DNA from: Candidatus Coprovivens sp.
GTDB lineage: Bacteria > Bacillota_I > Bacilli_A > RF39 > UBA660
Reading direction: 5' to 3'
Assembly (NCBI GenBank): GCA_051886175.1
Contig: JBJEXV010000066.1
Span: 8,996-72,995, forward strand
Length of the DNA: 64,000 bases
A model generated the notes under the pieces. It worked only from the letters and a program-made list of their open reading frames with translations. It did not search any database and had not been told where the DNA came from. Every line of letters begins with the position of its first letter. The stretch's first letter is position 1. The translations under genes were made by a program, and so were the position numbers. This document shows positions 55,286 to 64,000 of the stretch, one piece after another.

Positions 55286-55810
55286 ATAGCAAAGGATAAG
55301 AACGAAATGCCAATCAATGAACAAATTAGAGTGGCAGAATTAATGGTTATTGGACCAAATGGAGAACAAATGGGAGTTAAAAATATTAAGGATGCTCTAA
55401 CACTTGCAAATTATGCTGGTTTAGATTTAGTTCTTATGAGTGGAAACTCTGTTCCTGCAGTTGGAAAAATAATGGATTACAATAAATATCGTTACGAAAA
55501 GCAAAAGAAATTAAAGGAAACTCAAAAGAAACAAAGAGAAGCTAATAAAGACTTAAAAGAGTATCAATTGAGTCCTAATATTGATATTCATGACTTTAAT
55601 ACTCGTAAGAAGAATTCTTATGATTACTTGGTTAAAGGACATAAGATTAAAGTGTCTATTAGATTTAAAGGTAGACAAATTGATCGTCCAGAATTAGGTA
55701 AAGAAGTTATGTTAAGATTTGCTGAAGAGTTAAGTGATGTTTCAATTATTGAATCTCAACCTAAACTTGAAGGTCGTACAATGATAATGCTATTAGCACC
55801 AAAAAAATAA
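55286..55810 (+). CDS. infC: translation initiation factor IF-3, probable non-AUG (ATA) start
   Basis: GGAGGTG lies 7 nt upstream of in-frame ATA 55286. (M)AKDKNEMPINEQIRVAELMVIGPNGEQMGV aligns with the IF-3 N-terminus. The alternative start ATG 55307 has no SD. Confidence 0.85.
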   Translation: MAKDKNEMPINEQIRVAELMVIGPNGEQMGVKNIKDALTLANYAGLDLVLMSGNSVPAVGKIMDYNKYRYEKQKKLKETQKKQREANKDLKEYQLSPNIDIHDFNTRKKNSYDYLVKGHKIKVSIRFKGRQIDRPELGKEVMLRFAEELSDVSIIESQPKLEGRTMIMLLAPKK

Positions 55811-55832
55811 TATAGAAAAGGAAGTTGAAATT

Positions 55833-56027
55833 ATGGCAAACGGAAAACAAAAAACACATAAATCATCTAGTAAAGTTCTAAAAGCTAAGAAAAATGGTAC
55901 AGTTGTTTATAAACAATCAAATGGAAATCATAAAACAGCAAAAGATTCAGGAAAACAAATTAGACAAAGAAGAAGAAAGGGAATCCTTGCAAAAGGAGAT
56001 ACAGCTCGTTTAAGAGACTTTATCTAA
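55833..56027 (+). CDS. rpmI: 50S ribosomal protein L35
   Basis: 64 aa, basic, K-x-K-T-H-K-S-S-x-K pattern, in the position after infC. Confidence 0.9.
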   Translation: MANGKQKTHKSSSKVLKAKKNGTVVYKQSNGNHKTAKDSGKQIRQRRRKGILAKGDTARLRDFI

Positions 56028-56047
56028 TGGAAAGGGGAGTATAGAAG

Positions 56048-56581
56048 ATGACAAGAGTTAAAGGCGGAAGCGTTGCAAAAAATAGAAGAAGAAAAGTATT
56101 AAAAGCAGCTAAAGGTTATTTTGGTTCTAAACACAGATTATTCAAAACTGCTCAAGAACAAACTTTCCATAGTGGAGTTTATGCTTATAGAGATAGAAAA
56201 GCTAACAAAAGAAACTTCAGAAAATTATGGATTACAAGAATCAATGCTGCATGTCGTGAAAACGGAATCAGTTATTCTAAATTCATTGCTGGTTTAACAA
56301 AAGCTGGTATTGAAGTAAATAGAAAGATGTTAAGTGCTATTGCTATCGATGATGCAAAAGCATTTGCAGAATTAGTTAATATTGCTAAAGCTGCTTGTGA
56401 AGGAAAAGTTGTTGCTCCTAAAAAAGCTGCTAAAGTAGTAGAAGCTAAAGAAGAAAAAACTGAATCAAAAGATTTATCAAAATTAACTGTTGCTGAATTA
56501 AAAGATATGGCTAAAGAAGCTGGTATTGAAGGAATTACTTCAATGAAAAAAGTTGAACTAGTTGAAGCATTAAGTAAATAA
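56048..56581 (+). CDS. rplT: 50S ribosomal protein L20 with an about 60-aa C-terminal extension carrying a Rho-N/SAP-like helix-extended-helix motif
   Basis: [29 protein letters not shown]...[12 protein letters not shown] is canonical L20 (about 118 aa). The extension is ...[13 protein letters not shown]...[35 protein letters not shown]. Confidence 0.9.
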   Translation: MTRVKGGSVAKNRRRKVLKAAKGYFGSKHRLFKTAQEQTFHSGVYAYRDRKANKRNFRKLWITRINAACRENGISYSKFIAGLTKAGIEVNRKMLSAIAIDDAKAFAELVNIAKAACEGKVVAPKKAAKVVEAKEEKTESKDLSKLTVAELKDMAKEAGIEGITSMKKVELVEALSK

Positions 56582-56586
56582 AAATA

Positions 56587-56614
56587 AAACATACCTATAT
56601 GGTATGTTTTTTTG
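56587..56614 (+). terminator. intrinsic terminator after rplT
   Basis: acatacc-tatat-ggtatgt followed by T7. Confidence 0.8.
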
Positions 56615-56704
56615 TTTGAAAAAAGGTTGATAATGTAAGGAGTTTTGTTGATTTATAAGTAGTTTTCTTGTATAATTGAAGTTGTATAATATGGAGTGAT
56701 GAAG

Positions 56705-57940
56705 ATGCGTAAGATAATGGCTTGTTTAGATGTTGGTTCAGATGCTGTTAAACTTGTTGTAGGGGAAATGGTAAAGAAAAAACTTAATATACTTGCTGTT
56801 TGTGAAACGCCATCTAAAGGTGTTAATAATGGGATTGTAGAAAATCCTAATTTATTAATTAAATCATTAGAAGATGTTATACAAAAAGGCGAAGAAGTAA
56901 TAGGTTTAAGAATTAAACAACTAATATTATCTATACCTTCTAATAATGCTTCATTTGCAGTTGTTGAAGGAACTGTTCCAATTGAAAATGAAGGTAATTT
57001 AATTGAAGGACATGATATTATTAGAGTTTTTCAAAAAGCTATTAAAAGTAAATTAACAGATGATCTAGAATACGTATCAATGATGCCAACAAGTTTTTCT
57101 TTAGATGATAATAGAATTGTAAATGATCCTAAGGGATTAACTTCTAAAGAATTAACTGTTAGGGGAGTTATGGTTTCTACACCTAAGAAAAATATTTATC
57201 CAATATTAGCTTGTTTAGAAAGACTAAAAGTTGATGTTTTAGATATTGCTCTTGATGTGATAGGAGATTACTTCGAATTTAAAGAAAAAGAATTAGATAA
57301 GAAAATAGGTGCTGTGGTTAATCTGGGAGCAGAAACTACAACTGTGGCTATTTTTAATAAAGGGGTATTGACTAATGTTAATGTAATTGATTTAGGAGGT
57401 AAGAATATAGATAACGATATTTCGTTTATTTATAAGGTTCCTGGGTCAGTTTCTAAGAAGCTAAAAGAGAATTTTGCGCTTGCACATTCTAAGATGGCTT
57501 CTGTTAATGATGTGGTTGAAGTAGAAGATAAATCGTCTTTCAAAGTAAATATTAACCAATCTGAAATTAGCGAAGTAGTTATGAGTAGGCTAGATGAAAT
57601 ACTTAATTTAAGTAAGAAAGAGATAAATCACTTAACAAAAAAGGAAATAAGTTATATAATATTTACAGGAGGATTAACGGAAAGTAGGGACTTTAAGTTA
57701 ATTCTAGAAGAAATTTATGGCAGAAATGCTATTGTAGGTACTATTAAAGAAATAGGCGCTCGTAATAACAAATATAGTTCATGTATTGGACTAATTAAAT
57801 ATTATGCTTATAATTCTAATTTAAAAAATAAGGATTTTTCGATTTTTTCAATAGATGAGCAACAATACTTAAGTGGTGTTAATTCAGATGAACAAGATGG
57901 TACTTTAGGAAAGTTGTTCGGATATTTGTTTAATGGTTAG
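56705..57940 (+). CDS. ftsA: cell division protein FtsA
   Basis: GGAG lies 8 nt before ATG 56705. MRKIMACLDVGSDAVKLVVGE (actin-fold phosphate-1), GAETTTVAIF, and the position upstream of ftsZ. Confidence 0.9.
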   Translation: MRKIMACLDVGSDAVKLVVGEMVKKKLNILAVCETPSKGVNNGIVENPNLLIKSLEDVIQKGEEVIGLRIKQLILSIPSNNASFAVVEGTVPIENEGNLIEGHDIIRVFQKAIKSKLTDDLEYVSMMPTSFSLDDNRIVNDPKGLTSKELTVRGVMVSTPKKNIYPILACLERLKVDVLDIALDVIGDYFEFKEKELDKKIGAVVNLGAETTTVAIFNKGVLTNVNVIDLGGKNIDNDISFIYKVPGSVSKKLKENFALAHSKMASVNDVVEVEDKSSFKVNINQSEISEVVMSRLDEILNLSKKEINHLTKKEISYIIFTGGLTESRDFKLILEEIYGRNAIVGTIKEIGARNNKYSSCIGLIKYYAYNSNLKNKDFSIFSIDEQQYLSGVNSDEQDGTLGKLFGYLFNG

Positions 57941-57955
57941 TAAGGAGGATTTGAG

Positions 57956-59023
57956 ATGCACGATTTAGAAAGGGATCAAATTGCCAAGATTAAAGTTATT
58001 GGTGTTGGTGGCGGTGGTAATAACGCCGTTAATAGAATGATCGAATCTGGTGTTGGCGGAGTAGAATTTATTGTAGCTAATACAGATTTACAAGTATTAA
58101 ATGTTAGTAAAGCTGAAACTAAAATTCAAATAGGTAAGGAACTTACAGAGGGACTTGGAGCAGGGGCTAATCCTGAAATAGGTAGAGAAGCTGCATTAGA
58201 AAGTAAGGCTGAAATCGAAGCTGCATTAGCAGGTGCTGATATGGTATTTGTTACATGTGGTTTAGGTGGAGGTACTGGTACTGGTGCTGCACCTGTTGTT
58301 GCTGAAATTGCGCAAAGCCAAGGAGCTCTTACTGTAGCTATAGTAACTAAACCATTTAAGTTTGAAGGTCGTAAAAGAATGGAACAAGCTGAAGTTGGTT
58401 TAGAAGAATTGAAAAAACATGTAGATACAATTATTGTAATTCCTAATGATAGATTAAGAGATATGATTGATAGAACAACTCCAATTGTTCAAGCATTCTT
58501 AGAAGTTGATAATGTTTTAAGAAGAGGTGTTCAATCTATTTCAGATTTAATTGCAGTTTCTGGGTTAGTTAACTTAGACTTTGCTGATGTTAAAGCAGTT
58601 ATGCAAAAACGTGGTAATGCCATTATTGGTATTGGAATAGGAATTGGTGAAGATAGAGCTATTGAAGCTGCTAAACAAGCAGTAGCATCACCATTACTAG
58701 AAACTACAATTGATGGAGCAACTGATGCAATTATCAATATTACTGGAGGAAATTCATTAACATTGTTTGAAGCTGAAGATGCTGCAGAAGTAGTTAGAAA
58801 TGCTGCTAATACTGATATTAATACTATATTTGGTGCTGTTATTAATGAAAACTTAACTGATGAAGTTATTGTTACAGTAATAGCAACTGGATTTGATGAT
58901 GGAAGAGAAGAAGTTGGAGACTTATCTAATGATTTACCAAGAAGTTCATCTTATATGAGAGATAATGATTTAGATAGTGAAATTGATATTCCACCATTCT
59001 TAAGAAATAGAGATGATTTTTAA
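57956..59023 (+). CDS. ftsZ: cell division protein FtsZ
   Basis: [17 protein letters not shown], the tubulin signature [20 protein letters not shown]-like LDFADVKAV, and the C-terminal peptide DIPPFLRNR. Confidence 0.97.
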   Translation: MHDLERDQIAKIKVIGVGGGGNNAVNRMIESGVGGVEFIVANTDLQVLNVSKAETKIQIGKELTEGLGAGANPEIGREAALESKAEIEAALAGADMVFVTCGLGGGTGTGAAPVVAEIAQSQGALTVAIVTKPFKFEGRKRMEQAEVGLEELKKHVDTIIVIPNDRLRDMIDRTTPIVQAFLEVDNVLRRGVQSISDLIAVSGLVNLDFADVKAVMQKRGNAIIGIGIGIGEDRAIEAAKQAVASPLLETTIDGATDAIINITGGNSLTLFEAEDAAEVVRNAANTDINTIFGAVINENLTDEVIVTVIATGFDDGREEVGDLSNDLPRSSSYMRDNDLDSEIDIPPFLRNRDDF

Positions 59024-59052
59024 GATAACTTTTTAAAGTTATCTTTTTTTTT
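59021..59052 (+). terminator. intrinsic terminator after ftsZ (copy 1 of a repeated 30-bp hairpin)
   Basis: TAAgataacttttt-aa-agttatc followed by T9. Confidence 0.8.
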
Positions 59053-59112
59053 GAATGAATATATGTTATACTTTATTTTAGAATAGATATTGTTATAATA
59101 GGTGATGATATT

Positions 59113-59871
59113 ATGGAAAATATAAGTGATAAAGATACTGTAAAGAAAAAGAAGAGAAGAAAAAGAAAAAAATCTACTGCTGTAAAAAGTACAACTACTA
59201 AAGAGGAGAAGATTGTTAAAGAACATAAAACTAAAGAATTTGATACTGCAGAATTAGAAGTAATTAAAAAGGAAGTGTCAGAGAGTTTAGGTCATACTAA
59301 GTCTAATCCACAACATATTTTTTCTATTCAAAATTTATTTATGACTGTATTAGCAACTTGTTTAGTTGTTTTAACTATTGTAGCAGGTTATTTAGTAGGT
59401 TTATTTGATAGTTTACAAAATGAAGAAGAAAATGTTGATTTTGGTGTTACAAATAGTATAGAAGTTGGCAGTTCTACTGTTTCTATAGCTAATTATCAAT
59501 TTGTTATACCTCTTGGATATACATATGTAAGTGATCCTAATTCATTATTATATATTACTGATGTAATTTCGGGAGTTAATATAGAAGTAGCTGAAATAAT
59601 TACTGTTAGTGATTTATATAGTGAAAAATCAATTGCTAAGTATCGTAATGAATTAACTGATGCAGGTTATGTAGTGTATGGTTCTTATGTATATGATGAT
59701 GAATATGGTAAGTATTTAGTATATACTGGTGTAGATGGAATCGGTACTGAATGTAGAGTAATTTATGGTATGTTAAATGATAATAGTGCTGTTAAATTAT
59801 TAGTAACTTCAGAATTTGAAAGTTTAACTGATGATATTTATATTTCAGTAGCTGAATTATTAGGTAATTAA
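59113..59871 (+). CDS. bitopic membrane protein, basic N-terminus (hypothetical)
   Basis: KKKKRRKRKKS N-terminus. TM LFMTVLATCLVVLTIVAGYLVGLF. Lies between ftsZ and spoIIGA. Confidence 0.5.
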   Translation: MENISDKDTVKKKKRRKRKKSTAVKSTTTKEEKIVKEHKTKEFDTAELEVIKKEVSESLGHTKSNPQHIFSIQNLFMTVLATCLVVLTIVAGYLVGLFDSLQNEEENVDFGVTNSIEVGSSTVSIANYQFVIPLGYTYVSDPNSLLYITDVISGVNIEVAEIITVSDLYSEKSIAKYRNELTDAGYVVYGSYVYDDEYGKYLVYTGVDGIGTECRVIYGMLNDNSAVKLLVTSEFESLTDDIYISVAELLGN

Positions 59872-59898
59872 GATAACTTTTTAAGTTATCTTTTTTTC
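59869..59898 (+). terminator. intrinsic terminator (copy 2 of the repeated hairpin)
   Basis: TAAgataacttttt-a-agttatc followed by T7. Near-identical to 59021-59052, including the stop codon. Confidence 0.8.
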
Positions 59899-59944
59899 GA
59901 CAAAAAAATAAGTAAGTTAGTGTTACTTTTTATATGGTGATGGT

Positions 59945-60730
59945 ATGAAAGTATATGTTGATTTGCTTATGTTGTTAAATACATTGTTTAATTATGTATT
60001 GTTTAGTAGTGTTAATTATATATTAAGAAGAAATGTTAGTTTGTTAAGAATTATTATCGCTAGTTTTATAGGTAATATATCTATTATGTTATTGGAAGTT
60101 AATGATGGTATTGTATTTGTCTTGGGTAAGGTGTTGATAGCGATAATAATTAATGTAATATGTTTTGGATATAAGGATATAAGGTATTTATGTAAGAATG
60201 TAGTTTATTTTTATTTAGTTAGTATGTTACTTGGTGGAGTAATGTATTTTTTTAGTAATGAATTTAAGTTAAGTGATGATGGGCTTGTAAGTACTGGTAG
60301 TAATGGGATTAGGTATTTAGTTGTTGTGTTGATAAGTGTTGGATTTATGTATTGGTATTTATTTAGGTTTAAGGAATTAAGAAATAATTATAGTAGTTAT
60401 TATAATTGTTTTTTATATATTGATGATAATAATACTTTGAAGTTAAGTGGTTTTTTAGATACTGGAAATAAGTTAAAGGATCCTTATAGTAATAAAAATA
60501 TAATATTAGTTAATAAGGAAGTATTAGGTAATATAAAGATAAGGAGTCCGATATATGTGCCATATAATTCTTTAAATAATCATGGTTTGTTAACGTGTTT
60601 TAAGGTTAAGAAGATAGTCATAAACGGGAAGGAGAATGATGATTTTTTAGTAGGTATTAGTAATGAAAAGATGTATATTGATGGGATTGATTGTATTTTA
60701 AATACTAGATTAATGGAGGGATTAAAATGA
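59945..60730 (+). CDS. spoIIGA: sigma-E processing peptidase SpoIIGA
   Basis: MKVYVDLLMLLN start, polytopic N-half, aspartic protease motif GFLDTGN, and the position upstream of sigE with an overlapping stop/start. Confidence 0.85.
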   Translation: MKVYVDLLMLLNTLFNYVLFSSVNYILRRNVSLLRIIIASFIGNISIMLLEVNDGIVFVLGKVLIAIIINVICFGYKDIRYLCKNVVYFYLVSMLLGGVMYFFSNEFKLSDDGLVSTGSNGIRYLVVVLISVGFMYWYLFRFKELRNNYSSYYNCFLYIDDNNTLKLSGFLDTGNKLKDPYSNKNIILVNKEVLGNIKIRSPIYVPYNSLNNHGLLTCFKVKKIVINGKENDDFLVGISNEKMYIDGIDCILNTRLMEGLK

Positions 60731-61416
60731 TAAGTTTAATTAAGAAGTTATTGTGTAGTATTTTGGGAAAGTATAACCAGTTTTTCTTTGTGGGAAGTAC
60801 AGATATATTGCCACCACCTTTAGAAGAAAAAGAAGAATTGGAATATTTGGTTAAAGCTCAAAAAGGTGATATAGATGCAAGGAATAAGTTGATAGAACAT
60901 AATTTAAGATTAGTAGTATTTATTGCTAAAAAGTATGAGAATTGTAAGGAAACGTTAGAAGATTTAGTAAGTATAGGAAGTATTGGTTTGATTAAAGGTA
61001 TTAATACTTATAAGATAGATAAAAATATTAGATTAGCAACATATGCATCTAGATGTATTAGTAATGAAATATTAATGTTTATTAGAAAAAATAAAAAGAG
61101 AAATACTGATATTAGTTTAGAAGATGCATTAAGTTATGATGGAGAAGGGAATGAGTTACATTTAGAAGATATAGTTGGTACTTGTGAAGATTTAGTTACT
61201 TCAGAGTATGAGAAGAAAGTTGATATAGAAAGTTTAAAAAGGTATATTGAGACTTTAGATGAAAGAGATAAAAAGATTATGGTAATGAGGTATGGTTTGA
61301 ATAAAGGAAAAGAGTATACACAAAAGGAAGTTGCGCATATTTTGGGGATTAGTCAGTCATATATTTCGAGAATAGAAAAGAAAGTTATTAAAAAGTTAAA
61401 AAATGTTTTAGATTAA
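60727..61416 (+). CDS. sigE: sporulation sigma factor SigE (pro-sigma-E)
   Basis: Pro-sequence followed by ILPPPLEEKEELEYL. Region 2 NLRLVVFIAKKY...DLVSIGSIGLIKGINTY. Region 4 HTH QKEVAHILGISQSYISRIEKK. Confidence 0.9.
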   Translation: MISLIKKLLCSILGKYNQFFFVGSTDILPPPLEEKEELEYLVKAQKGDIDARNKLIEHNLRLVVFIAKKYENCKETLEDLVSIGSIGLIKGINTYKIDKNIRLATYASRCISNEILMFIRKNKKRNTDISLEDALSYDGEGNELHLEDIVGTCEDLVTSEYEKKVDIESLKRYIETLDERDKKIMVMRYGLNKGKEYTQKEVAHILGISQSYISRIEKKVIKKLKNVLD

Positions 61417-61474
61417 CTTAATACTTTCTTTTTTTTATAGACTTTTGTGATATAATTATGATAGGTGTTATATT

Positions 61475-62491
61475 ATGAATATATATGGTATAAAAAGAGT
61501 TGATTTAGAAACTTATTTTTTAAATAATAATGAAAAAAAATTTAAAGCATTACAAATTTATGAATGGTTATATGATAAGAAAGTAAGAAGTTTTTATGAT
61601 ATGACTAATATTAAAAAAGATATACAAGAGAAGTTAAGTAATGACTTTGAAATTGATTTTATAAAAATAGTTAAGAAACAAGAAGATAAATTAACTAAAA
61701 AGTATTTATTCCAATTGTTAGATGATAATTATATAGAAGCAGTATTGATGGAACACGATTATGGCTTATCAATATGTGTAAGTAGTCAAGTTGGATGTAA
61801 TATGGGATGTAAGTTTTGTGAATCTGGAAGACTTAAGAAAGTTAGGAATTTAGAAGCTTATGAAATAGTTCAACAAATAATGTTAGTTGAAGAAGATATT
61901 GGTAAGAGAATATCTAGTGTAGTTTTAATGGGTATTGGAGAACCTTTTGATAATTATGATAATATAATGGATTTTATTAAAATAATTAATGATCCAAAGG
62001 GAATTGCTATTGGGGCTAGACATATAACAGTTTCAACTTGTGGATTGATACCTAAGATTAAACAATTCATGAATGAAGATTTACAAGTTAATTTAGCTAT
62101 ATCATTACATGCTTCAAATAGTGAATTAAGAACTTCTATAATGCCAATAAATAAAGCTTATGATATAAATGAATTAATGAAAGTATTAAAAGAATATATA
62201 GAAAAAACAAATAGAAGAGTTACTATTGAGTATGTTATGTTAGATAATGTAAATGATAAAGATAGTAATGCAAATGAACTTGCTAATTTATTAAGAGGAA
62301 TGAATGTATATGTTAATTTAATTCCTTATAATGAAACTAATCATTTAGAGTTTAAGAGAGCAAGTAAAGATAATGTAATGAAATTTTATGACATATTAAA
62401 ACAAAGAGGTATTAATGTTACGATAAGAAAAGAATTTGGAAGTAATATTGATGCTGCTTGTGGACAACTAAGAAGTAAAGAGGTGCAATAA
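61475..62491 (+). CDS. rlmN: 23S rRNA/tRNA A-C2 methyltransferase RlmN (radical SAM)
   Basis: KALQIYEWLY N-terminus, the radical-SAM cluster CNMGCKFCESG, MGIGEP, and the C-terminal DAACGQLR. Confidence 0.9.
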   Translation: MNIYGIKRVDLETYFLNNNEKKFKALQIYEWLYDKKVRSFYDMTNIKKDIQEKLSNDFEIDFIKIVKKQEDKLTKKYLFQLLDDNYIEAVLMEHDYGLSICVSSQVGCNMGCKFCESGRLKKVRNLEAYEIVQQIMLVEEDIGKRISSVVLMGIGEPFDNYDNIMDFIKIINDPKGIAIGARHITVSTCGLIPKIKQFMNEDLQVNLAISLHASNSELRTSIMPINKAYDINELMKVLKEYIEKTNRRVTIEYVMLDNVNDKDSNANELANLLRGMNVYVNLIPYNETNHLEFKRASKDNVMKFYDILKQRGINVTIRKEFGSNIDAACGQLRSKEVQ

Positions 62492-63234
62492 TGAAGACAT
62501 TTTATTTAACTGATTCTGGTAAGGTAAGAGATCATAATGAAGATAGTGTTACTATTTTGAAAAATGCAAATGATGAATATTTATTAATAGTTGCCGATGG
62601 AATGGGTGGACATAGAGCTGGTGAAGTTGCTAGTTCAATGGTTATTAATCATTTTTCAAAAGAGTTTTCGGGAATGACTACTATTGGTAGTAAGATTGAT
62701 GCTATAAACTGGTTGAAAGAAAATATTAATAATGTAAATACTGAAATTATAGATTATACTAAGAAGAATCCAGATAGTATGGGAATGGGAACTACTACTG
62801 TAATGGCATTAGTTACTAAAGATTATTTATTATTTGGAAATATTGGAGATTCTTCTGGGTTTGTTTATAAAAATGGTAAGTTAACTAAAGCTACTAAAGA
62901 TCATACATTAGTTAATCTACTTGTATCAGCTGGGGATTTAACTGAAGAAGAAGCTAAGTATCATCCTAAGCGTAATGTATTGATGAAAGCATTAGGTAGT
63001 AGTGATACAGTTGAATTAGATATCTTTGATGTAGATACTAATATTGATGGTGTATTATTATGTAGTGATGGTTTAACTGGTATGTTAACAAAAGAACAAA
63101 TTGAGAAAGTATTAAATGATAAAGATTTAGAAATAGAAGAAAAGATTATTAAATTAATTAGAAAAAGTAATGCTCGTGGGGGAACAGATAATATTTCAAT
63201 TGCTTATTTAGTTATGGAAAGCGGTGAGGAATAA
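62491..63234 (+). CDS. prpC: PP2C-family Ser/Thr phosphatase (Stp/PrpC)
   Basis: NEDS, VADGMGGHRAGEVAS, LLCSDGL, GGTDNIS. Confidence 0.9.
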   Translation: MKTFYLTDSGKVRDHNEDSVTILKNANDEYLLIVADGMGGHRAGEVASSMVINHFSKEFSGMTTIGSKIDAINWLKENINNVNTEIIDYTKKNPDSMGMGTTTVMALVTKDYLLFGNIGDSSGFVYKNGKLTKATKDHTLVNLLVSAGDLTEEEAKYHPKRNVLMKALGSSDTVELDIFDVDTNIDGVLLCSDGLTGMLTKEQIEKVLNDKDLEIEEKIIKLIRKSNARGGTDNISIAYLVMESGEE

Positions 63235-64000
63235 TGATAATGAAGGGTCAAAAGATAAATGATCGTTATCAAATTATTAAATCCATCGGTGAAGGTGGAA
63301 TGGCTAACGTTTATCTTGCTTACGATACTATTTTGGATAGAGATGTAGCAGTTAAGATACTTCGTGGTGATTTATCTAATGATGAGAAGTTTGTTAGAAG
63401 ATTTCAAAGAGAAGCTTTAAATGCTAGTAGTTTAAGTCATCCAAATATTGTTGAAGTATATGATGTTGGTGAAGATAATGGGCAATATTTCATAGTAATG
63501 GAATATATTGAAGGTAAAAACTTAAAGGATTTATTAAAGAAACGTGGTAAGTTAACTGTACCTGAAGTAGTAGATATAATGAGTCAAATTGCTGATGGTT
63601 TAAGTATTGCACATGATTCTTATATTATTCATAGAGATATTAAACCTCAAAATATTATGATACTTGAAAATGGTATGGTTAAGATTACTGACTTTGGTAT
63701 TGCGATGGCGATGAATGCGACACAATTAACTCAAACTAATTCAGTAATGGGTAGTGTTCATTATTTACCACCAGAACAAGCTAGTGGTAAGGGGTCAACA
63801 TTAAAGAGTGATATATATTCAATGGGTATTTTAATGTACGAGTTATTAACAGGTGTTCTACCATATAGAGGTGAAAATGCTGTTGAAATTGCTTTAAAAC
63901 ATTTAAAAGAACCTCTTCCAAGTATTAGAGATGAAGTAGCAGATATTCCTCAATCAGTAGAGAATGTAATTCTTAAGAGTGCTTCTAAGAATCCTAAGAA
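63234..64000 (+). CDS. prkC: Ser/Thr protein kinase PrkC, N-terminal fragment (continues beyond window)
   Basis: The ATG overlaps the prpC stop by 1 nt. GEGGMANVY glycine loop, VAVKIL, HRDIKPQNIM, DFGIA, SVHYLPPEQA. Confidence 0.9.
   Translation, partial: MIMKGQKINDRYQIIKSIGEGGMANVYLAYDTILDRDVAVKILRGDLSNDEKFVRRFQREALNASSLSHPNIVEVYDVGEDNGQYFIVMEYIEGKNLKDLLKKRGKLTVPEVVDIMSQIADGLSIAHDSYIIHRDIKPQNIMILENGMVKITDFGIAMAMNATQLTQTNSVMGSVHYLPPEQASGKGSTLKSDIYSMGILMYELLTGVLPYRGENAVEIALKHLKEPLPSIRDEVADIPQSVENVILKSASKNPK

Overview
Strongly AT-rich Bacillota-type chromosomal segment from an endospore former (ftsA-ftsZ-spoIIGA-sigE, a YjcZ-like mini-ORF). Almost all genes are on the + strand. Housekeeping genes bracket the window. 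Left and centre: the ackA 3' end, nrnA-like DHH, recX, prsA, ftsK, glmS with its ribozyme, engB, der and T-box-controlled thrS. Right: helD, infC-rpmI-rplT, ftsA, ftsZ, spoIIGA, sigE, rlmN, prpC and the prkC 5' end. Three accessory blocks stand out. (1) 5.0-12.4 kb is a modification/efflux islet: three GNATs, a nucleotidyltransferase, a methyltransferase and an ABC-2 exporter. It is preceded by two tandem copies of an unidentified structured leader with a terminator. (2) 16.99-18.1 kb is a 1114-bp rve-type IS inserted in a terminator loop and flanked by a perfect 27-bp direct repeat. (3) 32.4-50.9 kb is a type VII(b)-like secretion locus and the most interesting part of the window. It encodes EssC, YukD, an EsxA-type WXG100 protein, three DUF4176-like proteins and five large proteins with WXG100-like N-termini, each preceded by a small helical protein. 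I see no EssA, EssB or EsaA equivalents there. The large proteins carry Gly/Thr/Asn-rich low-complexity tracts encoded by tandem DNA repeats. All functional calls come from reading motifs by eye; no database search was possible.
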